In this document: in pieces, positions 1 to 12,200 of the stretch
Layout: every line of letters begins with the position of its first letter
Position numbering within the stretch: the first letter of the stretch is position 1
Assembly (NCBI GenBank): GCA_976226885.1
Contig: OZ320313.1
Span: 136,710,001-136,774,000 of the forward strand
Length of the DNA stretch: 64,000 nucleotides
Source: Iphione sp. A-MEVVRFRX5
Taxonomy: Eukaryota
Reading direction: 5' to 3'
The notes under the pieces: model-generated
Database searches by the model: none
Told to the model about the DNA's origin: nothing
Seen by the model: only the letters and a program-made list of their open reading frames with translations
Position numbers and translations under genes: made by a program

Positions 1-399
1 TTGATGTCGCTACCAGTATAGAGATTCTAGCGCGGTGAACCCTCGACCTGGGAAGATCCCTTGTTGTATGACCCTATGCGCACGGTAGAAAGAATGGGCC
101 GCACGTGATGTTTTGGGCAGGCCGACCTATGGCGGAGGCAGCCCGGTCGGGTCTCGTCTGTGCCACTGGGCCACTGCCTCCTCCGGCTCAAAAGGCCATC
201 CCGCTCAGTGCAAGTGCACTCCATCGTGCACTCGGGTCTCCCCTCACTTCCCCCCAGTTAGTCCTCTGTTTATTCATTGTTTTAGTTTTCACGGGAATTC
301 TAGGGCTGGTAGCGATGAGTAGGGGAGATGCGCGGGGGGGGGGGTCTATATGTGATAAGACTGATAACCAGTTAATTGCTCCTGGGTTATATACCTAAG

Positions 400-2460
400 C
401 TGCAGTGGACCTTTCACAAGTATATATTTACCCACCTGGACTACTGCTGCATGTATATATATGCATATCTTTTTGATAATTTTAATTTGGTTAAATAAAT
501 TTGGATATAAAATGTCCCAGAACCTTGAAGTTTACACTGTGTTTTTCTTTGTTGATTATTAAAACAAACACTATTTGAGGATGCTAGGGTAGAAAAATGG
601 AGAAGCCGGTAGTACATTGCTGTCTACATTTTGTCATTGTCAGACTACTAAGGCATGAGCGTAGGTGCCTCTATACTAGAGGGAACCTGAACCATGCTTG
701 TCAAATTTTGTCACTTTGTATCATACCATTTGCTTCAACACAGTTTACCAAAGATTCACCATTCTGAATAACTAATCGCCATTCACCAGATAATGCCTCC
801 TATTCTCCTCCCCATGAGTTCCATTTCTTGGTGGTGGACATTCCTTTATGGTCTGTGACTTAATCGTGTTCAGTGGCTCAGGACGGATCACCAAGGTTCC
901 TAAGTGGGAAGTATATTTGAACAAGACTCCATAGAGAGAAACAACATATATAAAAAATCAGAGCATTTAATGCAATAGTTTAGAAGGGGATAGACCCACA
1001 ATGTTGTGACGGAAGGTCAGATGGTCAGACAACATTCCCAAGTTTCCCCACTCCTCTCGGAGGTGGGGCACAATAATCCAAGAATAAATACAACACGCCA
1101 TTAGACAAGACTTTAACCATGTGATTGGTCTAATTCAACAAACAGACTAATTTGCAGAAGTTACTCGGGGTGACCATAGGGCAGACTTGACTGTCTGTCA
1201 GCTGACTGACATCTAATCTTTTATAAGAATGCTAACTTTTGCTTACATGCTCATCACAATGTATTTTGCAGCTCCGACTGAAAGCAGCCATTAGGCTGAT
1301 ACCGGTCTGCTGTTTTTAAATTAAAAAATTATTCTAGCTTCCCCCAAAAGCTGGAACTCTCTCTTGATGGTGTTCATGATCTCTGCACATTAGGTTATAT
1401 TCTCTCTAAATTTTTTTGCACCCCAGCTATAGTGGGAGTACAAAGAATAGGTTTATCCGACTATAAAATTCCATACATTCAACTGTCTATTCAGACATTA
1501 TTTTCTTAATGATTTTACGTAAAATGAATATAGCTCTCTCTGATATTTTAGAGGAAGACATCCATCATAAACGTTCTAAAGGCCCATAACCAGTGGATTT
1601 CGGTATTTTGAACCCCCTGCTGGGATGTTTAGCCTGATGCAAGGTAGAGAGAATGCAAAAACCAAAATGTTGACTCTATGATAGACGCCGGTGGACAAAA
1701 GATTGAGATGGATTTGTTTTATGATGGCGGGAAACTATATATGTTGCCATGAGGTTCCTTCCCCGGATACAGAATGTCACGGATACAGAATGTCATCTTT
1801 GCGGTGGCAGTGATGGTTAATGGAGGTGGGGGGGGGGAGGGCGGTCGAGAACTTGCAGCGTAACGATCAGTGGCCATGGGTCACCCTCCCCGTCACCTCG
1901 GTACAGGAGGAGTAGGCGGAACCCAGGTGGATTAGCCGTAGATATAAGAATATCTATCGAGGGACCAAAGGAGCAAACCTTCGCCCCATATTTATATAAC
2001 CCTGCTTATCAGTCATGTGCTGATCCGGTGCTGTAAGACAAAGCAACGGTCACCCACTGTGATAGGCCGGAGTGAAGACCATCGATATTGAACGTTGGGT
2101 GATGGGGAGGAGGACGAAGGGAGGGTCCAGGAGGAGGTAGTCTGGACGTGCTAGAGAAGATAGTACCACAGGTGGATGGTGTAAGGTTCTGCACGGGAAC
2201 CGGTACGAAATCCAGACGCCAACCCATGTATAAGGAAGAAGCGCCTGTGACTGACCTCTGTTTCCAAAATCTGGACGAAAGTGCAAACAGGGAAGATTGT
2301 TGTGATGTGGTTCGATAGGGAATTGGCAATGTCATGATTAATCAGTGTGAACGTATATAATGTTAATTTCTGTGATACTGATGTGTGATGTAGATTTATG
2401 TGATGTAACCGTGAAAAGATACGTGTAAGACTGTAAGGACGACAACGAAGGATAACCACC
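400..2460 (-). mobile_element. Highly degenerate DIRS/Ngaro-like retroelement RT remnant
   Basis: Minus-strand FLIHGLASGFRTG (2200-2238) resembles the GLxxGFxIG motif preceding DIRS/Ngaro RT. DRQSSLPYG (1174-1202) and a decayed YLDD-like segment near 1085 follow in the expected order. Many stops and frameshifts; boundaries approximate. Confidence 0.4.
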
Positions 2461-4057
2461 TACTCAAGGACCCCCCAAAGAGTGATAAGATGTCTAGAAA
2501 CTCTAGATTGAGTATTTCATGGGCATACAGTGTAATTGGGTCTAATGGTTAAATTAGACGGATGCAATTGATAAATTTCAATTACTATTATGTACATTGT
2601 AATAAAGGAAAGCTCCATCGGTCTTTTCTAATGCCATAGACGAGTATTAATGGAAAATTGAGAAATCAATCGAGGAAATATACAAAAAAGAAATGAACAT
2701 TCCTAGAGTACAAGCTGCAGTAAAAATTCAACGTAGTCCAGTACCAACAATTTTGAGGTTCGTTTCCAGTATAAACGATCCAATAGGCAGACATTTGTAG
2801 AATATATGCAGCTGAATTCGTACTCTGGCGACACACATCTACCGCAGACCATCCATCAAGATGATAACAGTAAATTAGTTGACAAAATACAAATTCATAC
2901 TGCGCACGTAAAACTCAAAGGTGCGTAGTCTCCAAGTAGATATCGTTACACTATATAATATTGTAGCATTGCACACATTTCAGAGATTGATAGAATATGG
3001 CACATGCACTTTCAGATTCTGCCTTATGCCTCTAACAGAGAGACTCGAGAATGTTGCTACTTCTGTTTCTTTGTCCTGATGGAAAGGAACTGCTCGTCAT
3101 ACTAGTATCCTTATATTCATATTATCTGATGTCAGATAAGTGGTGTTTTTAATGACGTAAAAAACTAAACAAAGCACGAGTGATGGTCATATTCAAACGT
3201 TTCGATGCTTTGATCCTTGACGCCATGCAAGACCTTGCACCTTTAAATTTGGCTAGGCGTCAAACGACCAAATAATATACATATATGTAGATATACATAT
3301 ATACGTATAATTTCCATATTCCTGATATCGTAGCAAATGGTTACAGATCGTGAAGTGATTTGAAAATCTCCGCAGCCCCACTATACTTAATAGATTTCTG
3401 AACTGTTGACTATACCCTGCGGTCTTATGCATGATCCTAAGTGCGACTATGTGGGACATGTACGTCATTAATCTATACGTAAGCTTGATATAGATAACAA
3501 AAATTATCTCCACACGCGATAGGGGTACGAGCAGACCATGCGCAGTGTGAAAGAATAGTGCCAGTATAAGAAATATCTTAGCAAATGCACTTGACAGTAC
3601 ATGTTTGTGTCCATAGGTTATGTCACTACTTACATGACACTTTTGACAATGTGTACTTTAATACATGTATATAATTTTTTTGTGTAAAATTCACAATTTC
3701 TGTCATAAATGATTAGACCTAAGACAAATCTGGTATGTGTATGCCTGTTTCTGCAGGGCAGAGAGACAGACAGGTTTCCAGACATATTTTTTTTGCATGT
3801 ATATTTGTGCTCATTACATATACACACTACCCATGTATACACAGCACTAACTACATGTAGTTTGCTTCTGCCATGCTTCACCAGCATGCCCACTGCCATA
3901 ACCACTCGCGTAGGTAAACGCGTTGTCCTCAGAAACACTTGGTAACAGTTTGTCCATTGAGATCGTGGACCTTATGCCGGCATATCCATTTCTGGATTAA
4001 ATGCCACAAGTATAATATGTACAGTGAGTGTGACTTGTCAGCGAACATTTAACGTGG

Positions 4058-4402
4058 TGGGGTAGCTAGCTTATTTGCTAAGACTGTTGACTAGCATTGG
4101 TTTACTGATCTAGAGGTCGCAGATTCAATCCAAGGCATGGCACTCTTGATCATAACCAGCTAGATTTACAGTAGCTCGAACCTAGAGTGGTCCACAACTT
4201 GTGACAAAGGCTGCGGGCATATAAGACTGTATCTCTAGTAGAAGAAAGAAACCCCAGAAACTTGTTCAGTATAAGAGTAGGAGAGAACCCTGGATTTTTT
4301 TGGTCTCAGTTCCTAATAACAGATGGTAGTATGCTACCCTAAGAGGATATGAAAGAACAACTAAGACGATAGCTGAATCTAGATCCTCGTGAATATACTA
4401 TG
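4058..4402 (+). mobile_element. tRNA-derived SINE, copy A (diverged)
   Basis: Colinear similarity with copies at 8097 and 42434: box A/B-like head, CTCTTGATC-ACCAG core, AAGAGTAGG...CCC and AGATGGTAGTATGCTACCC tail blocks. Confidence 0.75.
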
Positions 4403-5929
4403 CCCCCCAAAAAACATGAATTGGTGAACCTTGCCAGCCAGTGTCTAGTGAGCTTTGTTCATCAGTTAACCGTTTTTCAGCAGAGTGGGCGGAATAAAAT
4501 AAGTCCTGAAGAGGAGGGGAGGGTAGTTCTCATGTCTTTACGCCCGCCTATAGTGGGTACATGTAGTTAAATGTAATGTAACGTAAGCCTAGCCAAAGAG
4601 GAGTACTACTCTTGTGACAGTAAAAATATTGTTCCTCTATATCAGTCGATATCAATGTTCGATTGATAACGTCGAAAGCTTCCTGCATCGCCTGGGTTCT
4701 CGTCATGGTTGCTGACTGCAGAATTACTACAGGGTTACTTCCTACAGGGTTATTTCCGGCCAAGCCAGACCTTCGGGGCTCTCTTAATTTGTTCTAACCA
4801 GTATAATTAGCACACTAGCTTTCCCCTTTTCATTTCTTCTCGTCGGAGTTTTGGTGGAAATGAGAAAAGATAAAGAAAGGACAGAAGCCAGTTTATAAAA
4901 AAAATACATGTGTATCATCTATGCAATCCACTGCCTGTCCTGTATTCGACAAAAGATGCTAACAGCCATGCATTGTCACGGTTTAGTGATTGGTCAGTTT
5001 TTGTTATAGCAGTGGAACTTATCGTTTTAATATGTACTGTGATGAATAAAGGGGGAACTGGCAACTCGGGGAAACAGTTAAAGATCTGGCTCATTTATTC
5101 GGTTTGACTGAAATACATTAGCTCTAATCACTAGCTTTTGGGATATCACTACTCCTTCATCAGGTGAAGCATAATGAGGTGAACGTTCGTTCATTCGTTT
5201 GTTGGCGATTTGCGGTATTGGGGACCTCTGGGGTTCGCCGGTCAGGCAGCCCAGTTCTGAGTCGGAGTATCTTCCATCTCCGTGTGTCGTTGTCAAGAGT
5301 CACTCATCTGTCAGAGCTGCTCTGCGGCAGTGAGGATGGCCGTTGTCTTTGGGAGTGAACCGTTCAAGGAGCAGTCCTCTTATAGGAGAGCGTTGCTATG
5401 AGAATCGTTGTATAGAAACCAATCAGAGTGGCTGCACATAGCATCTGCTGAACAACAGCAACATTTAATGAAATGGTGATATGTGATTGGTTGACAGTGC
5501 ATCAATAACTGAAAAGAACCCCAGAGAGGATATGATCAAATGTAGAAGTGTATGTAATTGATGATAAAGAGAACTAATCAAAACTTGTGTTCAGTATTAT
5601 GTAAAAGTCCATTAAAAATGTACTGTGCTCTTCTGAGACGTAATGTATAAATATATTGTCGTCACTATCAATGAGCCATCATGTTCGTGCTTTACTTTGT
5701 AGGAGGAGAAACTATGGTACATGCATAATTTATATTTGAAACATAAGTGCCTTATATGAACTAGATCTAGATGAATGTATTAGATATTATTGTTTCCTAC
5801 TTCCAAGAGGAGTGAGGGATCTTAGGATCGCTGCTATCCAACTGTCCAACCCTCCGTCATGGTTTTATCTCCTCCTAAACTAGTGTGTCTAATGATTTTT
5901 GGATATGATAATTTCCTAACTGGCTTGAT

Positions 5930-5930
<1 letters not shown>

Positions 5931-5965
<35 letters not shown>

Positions 5966-6019
5966 AGAGAGGGAGGGAGGGAGGGAGGGAGGGAGGGAGG
6001 GAGGGAGAGAGAGAGAGAG
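5931..6019 (+). repeat. (GA)n/(GGGA)n compound microsatellite
   Basis: Direct reading of the sequence. Confidence 0.95.
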
Positions 6020-6021
6020 TA

Positions 6022-7149
6022 TGTAAGAGGGGAGCACATTGTGAGGCAAATGCATTGAAGCATAGAAAAACTACACCAGTGTCATTCTGCCACCGTTAGA
6101 GGATGTCACACCTGTTAGTAAACAGGTCGCAAAAATTACTTNNNNNNNNNNNNNNNNNNNNNNNNNNNNNNNNNNNNNNNNNNNNNNNNNNNNNNNNNNN
6201 NNNNNNNNNNNNNNNNNNNNNNNNNNNNNNNNNNNNNNNNNNNNNNNNNNNNNNNNNNNNNNNNNNNNNNNNTTGTGAGGCAAATGCATTGAAGCATAGA
6301 AAAACTACACCAGTGTCATTCTGCCACCGTTAGAGGATGTCACACCTGTTAGTAAACAGGTCGCGAAAATTACTTTCTACANNNNNNNNNNNNNNNNNNN
6401 NNNNNNNNNNNNNNNNNNNNNNNNNNNNNNNNNNNNNNNNNNNNNNNNNNNNNNNNNNNNNNNNNNNNNNNNNNNNNNNNNNNNNNNNNNNNNNNNNNNN
6501 NNNNNNNNNNNNNNNNNNNNNNNNNNNNNNNNNNNNNNNNNNNNNNNNNNNNNNNNNNNNNNTTGTGAGGCAAATGCATTGAAGCATAGAAAAACTACAC
6601 CAGTGTCATTCTGCCACCGTTAGAGGATGTCACACCTGTTAGTAAACAGGTCGTGAAAATTACTTTCTACANNNNNNNNNNNNNNNNNNNNNNNNNNNNN
6701 NNNNNNNNNNNNNNNNNNNNNNNNNNNNNNNNNNNNNNNNNNNNNNNNNNNNNNNNNNNNNNNNNNNNNNNNNNNNNNNNNNNNNNNNNNNNNNNNNNNN
6801 NNNNNNNNNNNNNNNNNNNNNNNNNNNNNNNNNNNNNNNNNNNNNNNNNNNNNNNNNNNTTGTGAGGCAAATGCATTGAAGCATAGAAAAACTACACCGG
6901 TGTCATTCTGCCACCGTTAGAGGATGTCACACCTGTTAGTAAACAGGTCGCGAAAATTACTTTCTACANNNNNNNNNNNNNNNNNNNNNNNNNNNNNNNN
7001 NNNNNNNNNNNNNNNNNNNNNNNNNNNNNNNNNNNNNNNNNNNNNNNNNNNNNNNNNNNNNNNNNNNNNNNNNNNNNNNNNNNNNNNNNNNNNNNNNNNN
7101 NNNNNNNNNNNNNNNNNNNNNNNNNNNNNNNNNNNNNNNNNNNNNNNNN
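6022..7149 (+). repeat. Gapped tandem array, at least 4 copies, period ~234-297 bp
   Basis: Near-identical ~105-110 bp blocks TTGTGAGGCAAATGCATT...GAAAATTACTT start at 6039, 6273, 6563 and 6860, separated by N runs of 131, 181, 188 and 181 nt. Copies differ at single bases. Confidence 0.9.
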
Positions 7150-8096
7150 AAGTAAGGCTTAATTATAGAATTTTGAAAGCCTGCACTTGTTTTACCACAT
7201 GTTTGTCTGTGCACTGAAAATAGTAATTAGTATTGATCTGATATGTTTTATCCAAGACACTAACGTAGGTCTTTATTATGATACTTGTCTGATATCATGT
7301 CTTCGTGTCTGGTGTGCTGTGGCAGTCAGACGCATCTGTATTGACATTCCTTAATGTGTCAACGCAGCAGTTTGTGCGGACAGATAGGGCTTGTGCATAT
7401 AGGTGCGTGTTTTCCTGTTGATGTCAAATCAGCATGTGATTGGGTACACCGTTCTAAATGTTGCTGGCTGGGTTTGACATGTTCATCATGTTAATATTTC
7501 CAGCATGTAAATCTGTCGTGTCTTCTCACTACCATAGGTACAGCTTGATGTGTTCAGTGGAATTCTGATTTAACGCACCAGTGCACATATATCTCTAATG
7601 CAGACTTCCCTTTGTGAGGCGGATTGCTAGTGTTGCGGTAGGCATATGGAAGGGACAATTGGCAAGGGCTTTGGCACTGGAATAGCAATTCATGGTGACA
7701 GGCAGTGGCAGGAGGTGGCGAATGGTGTGCAGTGGTTGGTAGTAGGGCAGGAGCTTTGGTTAGAGGTCTGACGCAGGTGATGGTGGCTGACAGTGAAAGT
7801 CAGTGGGAGATGGGAAGGAAGTGGGGGCAGGTCAGCACGAGTATGTAGTGGTTATTTATGGTAAACGGGGGTGATCGTTCTGGCTGTGGACATTGAAGGG
7901 TTGTGGTCTGTGGCTGGTGATCGAGGGAGTGGTCGCTAGCAGTGGTAGGTGGTGGTGGGATGGTGTTTAGCAGGGGTGTATGGTGCCTGGCAGGGGCAGG
8001 TGTTGAGAGAGGTGGTTTGCTAGGGGTGTGTGTTGGATCGTGGTGGCAGACGGTTGTTATTGGTGGTAGTGGGGGTATTTGCTGATGGAATATAGA

Positions 8097-8677
8097 TGGG
8101 GAATTAGCTCAGTTGGTAAGAGTGCTGACTAGCACTGGTCTACTGATTGAGAGGTCACAGGTTCAGTCCTGCACCTGGGGCTCTTGATCAAGACCAGATA
8201 GGTTTACTGTAGCCCTAATCCATAGTGGTCCATGACTTGTAATAAAGGTTGTGGGTGTATAGGATTCTGTCTCCTATGCAGAAAAAGATCTCAGAAACCT
8301 GTTCAAAGTATGAGTAGGAGGCAACCCTGGGTATTCCAGTCTCTCAGTCTTTAATAATAGACAAGCGCCTTCGGCGCCTGCACTGGTTGGTAAGAGTGTG
8401 TGTGTAGTTTGGTGGATGGTGTGTCAGAGATGGAGGGGGTAGGGGTCAAAGTACAGACTCATCTGGCTTTTTACAGCCTCAGTTCTGCTTCAGTGAACAG
8501 AGGGGAGTAGGAATATACCTCTCTGTGCAGAAAATAGGGCCACACATGTCAGCTCCCATGGCCAGACTACTTTCTGGCAACGTTTTATATAGGTAGTGTA
8601 ATGATAATATGCAGGGGGTATGGAAGCACAACTATAAAAGATAGCTCAATATCTAGTTCCTGGTTAAAGATACAGTG
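8097..8677 (+). mobile_element. tRNA-derived SINE, copy B, split by a ~230-bp insertion (about 8363-8590)
   Basis: Head GGGAATTAGCTCAGTTGGTAAGAGTG...GGTTCAGTCC. Body matches copy C to ~8362; tail ATATCTAGTTCCTGGTTAAAGATACA at ~8650-8674 matches copy C tail. Confidence 0.8.
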
Positions 8678-9240
8678 TTAAAAAATGTTTAAATAGTGGT
8701 CGTTGGTGATCAACATTGGGATGGTTGGATGGAAAGGGGGCTGCTAGTAGTGGTGGATAGTGGAATCGGTGGTTTGCGGTGATGGTGGACATAGTGGTTA
8801 AGTTTGTTTTCCATATGTGGTGGCCAGGATTGACAATTGAGGTGGAGTGCTGATAGGCCCAAGGGAAAGGGAGTTAATCTTCAGGACTACGCACCAACAC
8901 TAGGACTAACATTTGTTCTAAAGCTACATGCATAACTTCTTACCATATGCCAGTTATTAGAGAGCTCCCATGTGCAGTTATCAGCTGTAATGGCAATGTC
9001 AACAAATGATCAACTGTGCCTTGATCTAACTGTTGTGGGCAGAGTTAGATAATTATATCTGTACTTCCAAAGTAATCGGAACATGGGAACTGTTTTAGGC
9101 TGAGTGGGACATGTTTATATTTTGAGGCAGTCTTACAAGTAACTGTGCCTTGTTCTATCGGTTGTGCACAGAGCTTGACATGTTTTTGTTTGAAGCAATA
9201 TCAACATGCTCCTAAGCACACATTGTTCGAATTCTTACAG

Positions 9241-12200
9241 GCGAAGTTGAATGAAGAGCCAGGCCACTGTGTGTGGTATGGTGAATGTGGCCGCGACCCA
9301 ACCACACACAAGCCCCTCAACTGTTTGTACAACGGCCCCGCCCGCCAGCTGAACGACAGTGATGCTATCAAAATCCTCCAAGATCTCTGTCCGCAATATG
9401 TGGATCCGAACAACAGTAAGTGTGTGTGTGTGTAGATGGGTGGGGGGTAGGTGGGTTGGATGTGCAGGCATGAGTGAGTGCAGCCAGGAAAGGAAATTGT
9501 ACAGGGATGCTTGGTATATATGCTGCATATACATGTATGTGTTTTTTACAGTAAGACAGGATCTCGATGTATTCATGTATCATGTTTGGTGGCCTTGAAG
9601 TGCCATGAAAAGCTTGACTGTGCCACCGTGCTCACATGTTTGCATGTAGAATTATGTATAATCTCAGTAGATAAGCATAGTACCCATTGAAAACATTTTT
9701 TCATGGCCACTGAAACACAGCAGAATTGGAGACTTCCCAATTTGAAAACATGGCACATGCACACATGCTACACCTATACATGGAGACACTTCTCCTGTTA
9801 TCCTGTGTATCCAAAACTCACCATGAAAACACAGCACCACAGCCTTGAAGATATGTGTACATGGAGATCCTACCTTAAAAAATTCTCACTGGAAGATTTG
9901 TTCTCTGATTTATGTTGTATAGTTCCTCATAAAAATCGCTTTAACATCTTCAGTAGCAACATCAGTAAATTAAACTGAATGATATCTGAATGATGTGCTT
10001 CACAAATTTTGGTTTTCAGTTATCCATTCTTAACTTTCGTAGTAAACAATAAATTGATGAAAAAGGCTGGGAACTCCAGAACTTCGTAGTAAACGTTCAT
10101 TTAGTACGAGTAGAATTTGTTCATTTGACATCACTAAGTTCAATTTCCCTTCTCCTATACAGGATAAGGCTTGCTAAATCTTTCTCTTCGGAATGTCTTG
10201 AGTCCTGATGTTATATGTTGTTGTTCTGGCAGATGAGAAGCCTCGCACCTGCTGTAGCGCTTCCCAGCTGCAGACCATGGATGCGAGCATGGCCCTGCCC
10301 AAGCAGCTACTGTCTCGGTGTCCAGCCTGCTCCCAAAACTTAATCAACCTCTATTGTGCCTTCACCTGCGATCCGCATCACAGTCGCTTTGTTCGAGTCG
10401 CCACCAACAACACCGAGAGCATCACCGCTGTCAACTATACGGTCTCCTCCGACTTCGCCAACAACATGTACAACTCGTGCCAGGACGTGCAGATGCCCAG
10501 CAACAACCAGCTCGCCCTTGGCACCCTCTGTGGCCGCGAGGCCTCCCAGTGCTCGCCTAAACGCCTGCTTGACTACATGGGTAATCCCGCGAACCAACAA
10601 ACGCCCTTCAGAATCTCCTTTACTTTAAGCAATAAACCTGTCACTATCGACAACACGACGCTCTACCCGATGAACCAGTCGACGACGCCGTGCTCCGAGT
10701 CCTGCAGCTGCCAGGACTGCCGTGCCTCCTGCGGTGCCCCACTTCCTCCCGTAGAACCAACCAAGCCCTGCAGGATCATTGGCCTCGACTGTGGCGTCTT
10801 CATCGGCTCGTCCCTGTATTTGGCGTTCGTCCTGCTGTTCGGCACGTACCTCATCTGGACATACCTGTACTGTCGCAGGACTCCCCAATGCGCCGATCTG
10901 CCAAAGCGCACGGGAACTGCCTCGGTTGACAACACGCCCATCAATGGACCCATTAATGCGCATGCTGGTGACAGTGGCCGGCCACGCGTTCGCTTCCTCC
11001 AACCATCGCTACTGGAGCGACTGGGCGCGCGACTGGAGCAGCAGCTCGAGCGGGTCTTCTCGGCCTGGGGCCGACTGTGTGCGCGTCGCCCAGTCGTTGT
11101 CCTCGTTATTGGGATCATCGTGTGCATTGTGCTCGTGTCGGGTATCGCCTTATTCAAGGTGACGACAGATCCAGTCGAGCTGTGGTCAGCACCCAACAGC
11201 CGAGCACGGCGTGAGAAGGAATACTTCGACAAGAACTTCACGTGAGTCAGAGACTCCTTCTATTCTGCTTCCCGTTCCGGTGTNNNNNNNNNNNNNNNNN
11301 NNNNNNNNNNNNNNNNNNNNNNNNNNNNNNNNNNNNNNNNNNNNNNNNNNNNNNNNNNNNNNNNNNNNNNNNNNNNNNNNNNNNNNNNNNNNNNNNNNNN
11401 NNNNNNNNNNNNNNNNNNNNNNNNNNNNNNNNNNNNNNNNNNNNNNNNNNNNNNNNNNNNNNNNNNNNNNNNNNNNNNNNNNNNNNNNNNNNNNNNNNNN
11501 NNNNNNNNNNNNNNNNNNNNNNNNNNNNNNNNNNNNNNNNNNNNNNNNNNNNNNNNNNNNNNNNNNNNNNNNNNNNNNNNNNNNNNNNNNNNNNNNNNNN
11601 NNNNNNNNNNNNNNNNNNNNNNNNNNNNNNNNNNNNNNNNNNNNNNNNNNNNNNNNNNNNNNNNNNNNNNNNNNNNNNNNNNNNNNNNNNNNNNNNNNNN
11701 NNNNNNNAAGTAATTTTCGCGACCTGTTTACTCACAGGTGTGACATCCTCTAACGGTGGCAGAATGACACCGGTGTAGTTTTTCTATGCTTCAATGCATT
11801 TGCCTCACAATGTGCTCCCCTCTTACAGACCCTTCTACCGGACAGAAATGCTGATTATCACAGCCACAGATGGTTCCCGATGGCAGCGACCAAATTCGGC
11901 CCCTGCTGAAGGCTTTGATTGGTATGGTCCCGTGCTACGGAAGGAAATCCTTACCCAGGTGCGTCCCCTAGTCAAATGGCCAGTAGTTGGCAGTCTCTCT
12001 GGCAGATATTTTAAATCGCTGCATTAACATTTTAATTTTTCTATTTATTGTCAATGTGTATCGAAGAACAATCATTCAATATTAGAACAAAGTTTAACTG
12101 TTGTGGTTTGGAGAGCATAGATGGCACCAAGGTTGTTCTTGGGATAGAGTAGAGCTGGTAAATTATGAAGTCCAGTAGGATTCCTCACGTTAAGCCAGAT

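Noticed and set aside
105-398. ORF with hydrophobic stretch LVLCLFIVLVFTGILGL as NPC1 exon 1
   Set aside because: The hydrophobic core is over 40 aa from the Met, the donor is weak, and it lies at the end of a probable retroelement relic ~9 kb upstream.
3105-3113. GTATCCTTA U12-type donor after MLLLLFLCPDG...
   Set aside because: No U12 branch point before the 9241 acceptor and the peptide is not a credible signal sequence; single motif, likely chance.
6039-7149. Repeat-gap-repeat pattern resembling a CRISPR array
   Set aside because: Repeats exceed 100 bp, the apparent spacers are N gaps, there are no cas genes, and the context is eukaryotic.
8097-8175. tRNA-like sequence (also 42705-42782 on - and ~4058)
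   Set aside because: No proper cloverleaf or acceptor stem; each continues into a shared SINE body, so these are SINE heads rather than tRNA genes.
10318-11241. Multiple overlapping antisense and alternate-frame ORFs
   Set aside because: Shadows of the GC-rich NPC1 exon; stop-codon scarcity explains them.
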